A stretch of 64,000 nucleotides of DNA from Camelus ferus (lineage: Eukaryota). The notes under the pieces were generated by a model, which was not told the DNA's origin, did not search any database, and saw nothing but the letters and a program-made list of their open reading frames with translations. Positions 57,490 through 64,000 of this stretch are shown here, in pieces. Within the stretch, counting starts at the first letter, position 1, and each line of letters opens with the position of its first letter. The translations under genes were made by a program, and so were the position numbers. The stretch is from contig NC_045699.1 of the NCBI RefSeq assembly GCF_009834535.1, forward strand, positions 10,354,001 through 10,418,000, written 5' to 3'.

Positions 57490-60400
57490 GTAGCAGTACA
57501 GGTATGTTTTATTTCACATTTTATTAGTAGACAGATGGGCAGAAAAAGACAAAATAAACCACTAAAGGGGAAGTCAAACACAAAACGCATCAGATAATCT
57601 TTTCTCATAAGTTAAACTGAAGAAAAACACCTACAATTTCATCTAAGAAAACTATTAAAGTCAGGTGGGTCCTGCTGGTTTCAGAATAGTTGAAAATTGC
57701 ATCTGAATCTTTGTAAATGTAAACCTTTTTTTAAAATCAGTATGGGAGGGGTGGAGAGTTAATTTTCAGTGGAGAACTACACATTTTCCCCTTCAATCTC
57801 TTACTATGTTTGTCCCAAACAAGGAAACAGCAAATAAGCAAATTACCACCAGGGACAAGCAGAGAAGACTACAAAAAGTTTGGCTAATAGAAAGGAACTC
57901 CGGAATGATATGAAATAAAAGTGGGGAAGACAGAAGCAACAACTGAATCTGAATCATATTATACTTTTTCCACCCAGCCTCAAAATACACAGACCTGGAG
58001 AGCACCCAGAGACCTCCACTAGAATCAAAAGGAACCTAAAAATGCAGGAGTCTGAGTTCATGTTACACCAAGTAATCAGCACAACTGTACTCACGAGGTT
58101 GGGGCCTGAGCCTGAGAGCTCCGCTTCCAAAAGAAAAAGGTTACATGCTCCAGTTTTCTTTTGCCATAGGATGTGTTCTCAGGACAGAGCTCTGGAACCA
58201 GCATCTGGGTTTTACAAATCTGAGCTATCAGAATGTCTACCTGCTAAGCAAATCAACACACCCCAGTCTTTCTGGAACTGATTGTACTCTTATCAGAGGC
58301 AAACCCAGCCCTCAACAGTAACACCCCGAAGGGCTGAGAGGTACGAACTCTACCTGGCTCTCTGGCTCCCTGAGTCAACGTGTAACAGAGGCCGACAGGG
58401 CTGAGCAGCAAAGCACCTCCCACGATGCCAAGGTGTCTGGCCTGCCCTGGAAAACAAATGCTTTAGCAGTAAGGAAAAAGGCTTAGTTTTAAAAGGGGTC
58501 CAAGAGAGTGAGACCAAGCTACTGGCTGTAAACAGGACTATGGGAGTGGTGTGTGTGGGGGTAATCAGAGTATTATGAGAGACTCTGGGCTCCAGAAGAT
58601 TTGTAAGTTATTTGACGTGTCACTTAGGAAGTGTGGGGCATAAAAACCTAGTTCCAACATCCTTCTACAAGAGTTTGTACTCACTGTTTGTCAGCTGCTC
58701 TTTTCTCTGAGTTATGACTTCAGTCACCTGATTCAGGGGTGCAAGTAACCCATGGAGTTTGGACAGGTTCTGGGACCAGGCTCAATGGTGTCCTGTATGA
58801 ACCTTGGCATGTTGAACATTCCCACTTAGTACTAGACCAGACTAGTCCAGAGATGGCTGCTGGGGATTAGCAAATGTTTGGAGAGTTTGAATGAAAACCC
58901 TGAGATCAGAAAGGAAGGAGGAACTAAGGATGCAAGCAAGCATCACCTACTCTGTCCTAGGACCCACCTACCCCTCATCAACCCTTCCATTCTGAGCTAC
59001 ACGATCTGAAGAAAAGGAGTTGACACTAGTGTGCAGGGATCTGACAGGATTATAGCCAGTCTTTGCTGTATTTTCCCTCCAAAATATTCCCCACTGAAAG
59101 AAAACTGCCCTCCTAGGAACTGGCCCACTCCCGTAAGAAACAAAAATCACCGCCAAGTTCTGAAGTCCCTGGTTGGTGAAGCTTGATGGAATTTGGTATT
59201 GATTGAAGTAACACATGATCGAGACGGGGAAATCAAGGCTGCAGCAACTGCAGAGCAGGAAGATCTAGTGTCGCCAAGACACTGTCTGCAGCCAACTCCC
59301 TCGGCTCTGCCAGAAGAATCAGAAGAAGCTCAGGGAAAGCTCCATGCACAACTTCTGCTGGCAATCCACAGCCCAAATACATTGAAAGGAGAGAAAAGTC
59401 CAGGTCACATCCAACGAGGAAAGCGGGAACCGGTCACTCATGTCTCACGTATCCACAGTTACCACTATCAGTATAAGCAGCTCAATGAAAACCAAAATCT
59501 TAACACATGCACCTAGTATTAATACTGAGTAATTAAAACTGGCTACTTAAAAAAAAATCCGCAGTAAGAGTGTATCTCTCAGGGAAAGGCCATGTTAAAT
59601 ATATAACAGATGTTTTCTCTACGAACAGTGGTCACCAGTAGTTTTGACTTTTTCCCCCAGCAGCATCAACCAAAATTGGCATAGTGATTTTTAACTCTCT
59701 GTTCCCATCACTAAGACTCCACACACACGCACACATACACACACACTAATCCCCACTCTCCCCACTCCCTGGGGGAAAAAAAAACAACTCTGCTTTCAAA
59801 ATAAATAGCAATCAAGTGCTCAGTTCTATGTAAAGTATGAATATTTATTTCAGGCTTTAGATCCCAATCGATTTCAAAAAACAAAATCTGACTTCTCAGA
59901 GTAGCTGAGGCCTCCCTCCTTGTTAGGATGATTTTCTGGAGGCTGAAGGGGGCGCTGTGCCCTTCACTTCATCAGGCTTACCCTTAGCAAAGTCCCTGAT
60001 GCCCGCTGTACCCCAGCCTTAAGAAGAGAAAGAAACAAAACTCACCACCATGGTGCCGAACAAATGCACACACACTAATGTAAATGAGCAGCTAAACCTT
60101 GGCAAATTTGCTTTTTTTAAAAAAAGTTTTTGTTTTGTGGGGGTTTTGGGCTTTTTCTTTTCTTTTGCTACCCAGCATATGCAGCACTTGTGAACTCCCA
60201 ATGGGTTCCCAGCTTTAAACACATTAAACGTCTTGATGAAAGACTAATTCTTCAAGAATCTAAAAACAGACCAAATGTGTTTCACTGTGAACACTTTGTA
60301 GAGACGGAGTGAGGTGAGAATTTAGGTTGAAAGAAAGAAAGAAAGAAAAAATCAATACAGTGATGGAAGGGCAAAGAATGCAAGAATTCAGACATTCTGT

Positions 60401-60514
60401 GGAGGATTACGTTCTCTCCGTTAAGAGGTCCACAAAAAGGAGCAAACTGAGATCCATAAGGGGAGTCAGCAGGAGCCGTGTTTGTTTTCCCCACCCCCGT
60501 GATAGGTTTTTGCT
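57490..60514 (-). other. UBE2R2: UBE2R2 long 3' UTR (distal end approximate)
   Basis: Repeat-poor stretch downstream of the last exon; minus-strand AATAAA at 59844-59849 (proximal) and at 57508-57513 and 57520-57525 (distal pair). Confidence 0.65.
57508..57525 (-). terminator. UBE2R2 distal polyadenylation signals (two AATAAA)
   Basis: tttatt at 57508-57513 and 57520-57525 on the + strand; the spacing from the UBAP2 end fits the recalled ~1.3 kb human intergenic gap. Confidence 0.6.
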
Positions 60515-60686
60515 NNNNNNNNNNNNNNNNNNNNNNNNNNNNNNNNNNNNNNNNNNNNNNNNNNNNNNNNNNNNNNNNNNNNNNNNNNNNNNNNNNNNNN
60601 NNNNNNNNNNNNNNNNNNNNNNNNNNNNNNNNNNNNNNNNNNNNNNNNNNNNNNNNNNNNNNNNNNNNNNNNNNNNNNNNNNNNNN
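60515..60686. other. Assembly gap (172 N) covering the UBE2R2 stop codon
   Basis: Run of N directly after YDD in the UBE2R2 frame. Confidence 1.
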
Positions 60687-60817
60687 AGTCGTCATAAAGC
60701 AAATCTGAGCTGTTGTCATTGGAAGGCACTTTAGTTTTGATGCAGTATTCCGCCAGGGTCGTGGGGACCTTCACTCCGTCCTTTTCTGCTTCGGCTTTAG
60801 TGGCTGAAACCTGTTTC
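60687..60817 (-). CDS. UBE2R2: UBE2R2 (CDC34B) last coding exon, readable part KQVSATKAEAEKDGVKVPTTLAEYCIKTKVPSNDNSSDLLYDD; the rest of the acidic tail and the stop fall in the N gap
   Basis: Minus-strand acceptor cccttcag|G AAA CAG at 60817; peptide matches the recalled UBE2R2 C-terminus; UBE2R2 is the known tail-to-tail neighbour of UBAP2. Confidence 0.95.
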
Positions 60818-63800
60818 CTGAAGGGAGGATAGTTTATCTAAATCTCCGAAAGATGAATTTATAATTGGTCTAAGAAATTAAAGATTCCTTATGACTCAGG
60901 TTTCTGAACTTTAGTACCTACCTACCTACCTGAAGGCATCCGACAGGCCCTCTACTACACCAGAGGTTCGAGCCCTTCAGGTATCATTCTGAAGGACACT
61001 TAATAACGCCTTGTGAAGGGTGTTCAAAGTGGTGGGTCTCAAATGCTGGTTAGCCAGAAACCACCTCCCGATTTTTTTCGCCCAGCCATCTCATCCTAAA
61101 CAGGATGCAGCCCCAACAACTCAATAATCCTATTTGCACAAAGAGTAAAACCCAAGTATCTTATGTTGGATTTCAAAGTCTTGCATGATCTACCTCCTTA
61201 CCACTTCATTCTCACCACCCCATTACTTTCTCCAATTCCAAAACATTCAGGCCACCCTGGGTTTTTCTCCAGTACCATCAACATACCTAGTTAATTTTTC
61301 TGTACTCTTCTGATCTACATATGGTTGGCTGATTCTTGTCACTCAGGTCTAAAATGAAACATCACCTCACAGGTGATATCCTCTGTTCTGACAATCCAAT
61401 TTAAAGCAGCCATCTTCTCATTCCTTCGTATTATCCTACCTACCCACTCACTATCTAGTATTTCTTTTCTTTTTAGGATTTTCCTCATTTTTGTTCACCT
61501 TTCCGTTGTCCTCCTTGCCCCCCTGAATGTGAGCAGAGACCTTGTCTATCTTAATTCTATTTCCTCAGTTCTTAGAACACAGCCTGGCACATACAGCTGT
61601 GCAACAAACACTGACTGTATGAATGTATGAAGGCTTCATACATGTATGAAAATGTGACCTATCAAGGGACTAGAGAAACTGAACTTGAAAACCAAAGCAG
61701 TATTCTTCCTCCTGCCTCCTTTCTAATTAGACCGACTTCTCTCAGTTGCTCTTGCTCCCTTACTTCCTGACGCTGCCGAGGCCTACAGGCTTGAACCTCT
61801 TCTCACAGCGCTCTCCCTGAACCATTCCACCCCTCCCCACGGTTCTGACCCTTCACGGTGACAGCTCTCAAATCATCAGGGTTCAGCCCATACTTTTCTT
61901 CTAAGCTCCAGGCCCTATATAAACATTTGGATGTCTCCATCCTGGTGGACATTAGGCTCAGGCAGAAATCTCTTCCCCAAAAATAAATCTAACTGAGAGA
62001 CACGGAGTAGACATTTGAGTTCAATTTAAACTCTTGGTTCTAGGAAATACTTTGGTTCTGTATGAAGATTTGAAGTAACCAAACAGAAGACAAAACACAG
62101 CACCTTACCTAATGATTTCAGCATATTCTTTGTCTTTTCCTTTACTGTCCCTCCATTTCCTGAACATAACCGAAGCATCCACATTGGCTGGGGAGAAGGT
62201 GTTGGGCTCATTAAGCAATGAGATTACACTTAACAGGATAGTCCTAAAAACAGGAAAAGAAAGGGTCACCTACGAAGACTCATATTCACAGGACTCAAAA
62301 GTATTTTGGTTTTAAACTTAAGAATATATTTGAGACCTTAGGGGAAAGGGAACAGAGTATCAAAATCTTGTTTTCAGTACTCAATCTGACTAGGCTAGAA
62401 CAAGCTGCTACCTGGGAGACAAAGCAGAGGGAATCTCAGGTTAGCATAAAGGTCATGTTACAAAGCCAAAAATGAACTCTGCAGAAGGCACTGTCTTAAC
62501 TGGCTACATGTTCCAATCTACAAAAAGGAGAGGCCAGAAAGCTTTTCAAATCACATATTTTAAAAATTGTAAGTTAAGTGCAATAAGAAAAAGCAAAAGC
62601 AAAATTATTTAGCTTGAAGTCTCTCTCTTCATGAGGGAGGGTAAAAATGATGTTACTCCATATATTTTAATTCATATCATGGCTGCTTAGAAGATCTGAA
62701 AAACCTATTACATAGAAATGCACTTCTTCTCCACATTTCTAAGGGAAGCAAGACAGAGTTTAAGCAGGAGAATGGCGAAAAAGCAACAGCCTTGACATGG
62801 ATGAACTAGTCTCTGAATAATAGAAATCTTGATTCAGAAATATTTACTAAGCACTTACTATGTGCCAGAGGCACCAAGTGAGCTGTTGGATGTACAACAG
62901 TGAGCGAGTTAGATGCCATCCCTGATCGCCCAGGGCTTAGAAATCTTTTTTCTTGTGGGAAATTTTCATCCACAGATAAAAACTAGACACCTTAATCACA
63001 GGGAATAAAGTTTCTGTTAGATAAAGTAACAATAAGCTCAACAAGTTTCAAAAATGTTCAAAGTAATTCCCAGGCTTTTTTCCACTACAAGCAATGTGCA
63101 TGGATGTAAAGAGAAACATGGGAGGAAAAATTAAATTTCTCTACCTTTTCTCATTGGTGCGAGGTTATAGATTGTGTTGTTGCAAAATAGCCTTTTGCTC
63201 CTGGCCCCAAGCAAAAAATAAAGGGAGGGAACCAGGCAATTAGATGTTTGATTTGATGAAACCTTTTCCTAAAAAGGGCAAAGAGTTTCTGTTATGTGAT
63301 TATACAAGATTATGACAAAGGCACTTTCAAAGAAAACGTTCTCATCTAATTAAAAATCCATTTATCACATACATAATAATACCCCACTCTTTCTATCAGG
63401 TTAAGAGTAACTCCTTTCCTTCACCCTTCCCCATCCTTCGGAATTTCTTCAGTAATCACACCCAATACAGTAACCACTAGCCACATGTGGCCACTGAGTA
63501 CTTTGAATGGTAGATGATGCATATGAAGAAGTTTAAACAGTCCCATGCAGTCAGTGGCCATGTAGCTGGACAGCGCAGGTCTAGATGAATTACATTAGCC
63601 GAATTAGGAAATCTTCCCCAAGAGTGGTTTCACCAAGTTGATTTTCTTATATCCTGTGTTTCTCATTAAAGTTCCAAACTGGGAAGTAAAATTTTTAAAA
63701 ATAGTGAACCATCTATTTCTACCAAAACAAGAACTCACTTCTAATACCATGTACTCCTAAATTGAAATCCATGATGTTTTCAGAAGCATCAAGCACTTAA

Positions 63801-64000
63801 TACAGCTGACACTTTCACTTTCTTCCTTTGGAGAGCAGAATCTTTTTTTCCGTACAGAGAATCCATTCCACTGTTTCAAGTGGGGTTAATCTCCTTTCCT
63901 TCTATACTTTAAATCGACAATCATGCCATACCTTCATAAAAACAACCTACCTACCCATAGCAGTAGACATGCCACCAAGTGCTGGCCAAAGGATTCCATC
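60818..64000 (-). other. UBE2R2: Last intron of UBE2R2 (continues beyond the window)
   Basis: Upstream of the acceptor at 60818-60820; no further UBE2R2 peptide found; contains L2 remnants. Confidence 0.8.
61150..61620 (+). mobile_element. L2 3' remnant (other L2 pieces near 7810-8060, 11260-11600, 62820-62940)
   Basis: gagcagagaccttgtctatctt...tttcctcagttcttagaacacagcctggcacatac matches the L2 terminus. Confidence 0.65.

Noticed and set aside
1-64000. CRISPR arrays, prokaryote-type operons, intact transposases or viral ORFs
   Set aside because: No regularly spaced direct repeats and no long intact ORF; the window is spliced mammalian DNA with only decayed elements.

Overview
Mammalian genomic DNA, most likely camelid (alpaca/camel), judged from seven copies of a tRNA-derived SINE matching my recollection of the Vic-1 family. 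The + strand carries 27 coding exons of UBAP2 (900-55369; about 1101 aa in the window, with the first ~33 residues upstream of it) and its 3' UTR. Two intronic box C/D snoRNAs (SNORD121A/B) and a U1 snRNA retrocopy lie in its introns. The - strand carries the last exon and long 3' UTR of UBE2R2 (CDC34B), convergent with UBAP2. The introns contain L1, L2, MIR, MER20, MER5A, MER58A and Tigger1 fragments, and there are two N-gaps. I found no wholly new system; this is a known conserved locus. The points most worth checking are a GC-AG intron, a GC-shifted exon and repeats suggesting biased gene conversion, an inverted L1-tail pair bracketing a stop-free two-exon circle, a wobble change in the SNORD121B guide, and a G-quadruplex just after the UBAP2 stop. 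Comparisons with human proteins and repeat consensuses are from memory, not from a search.
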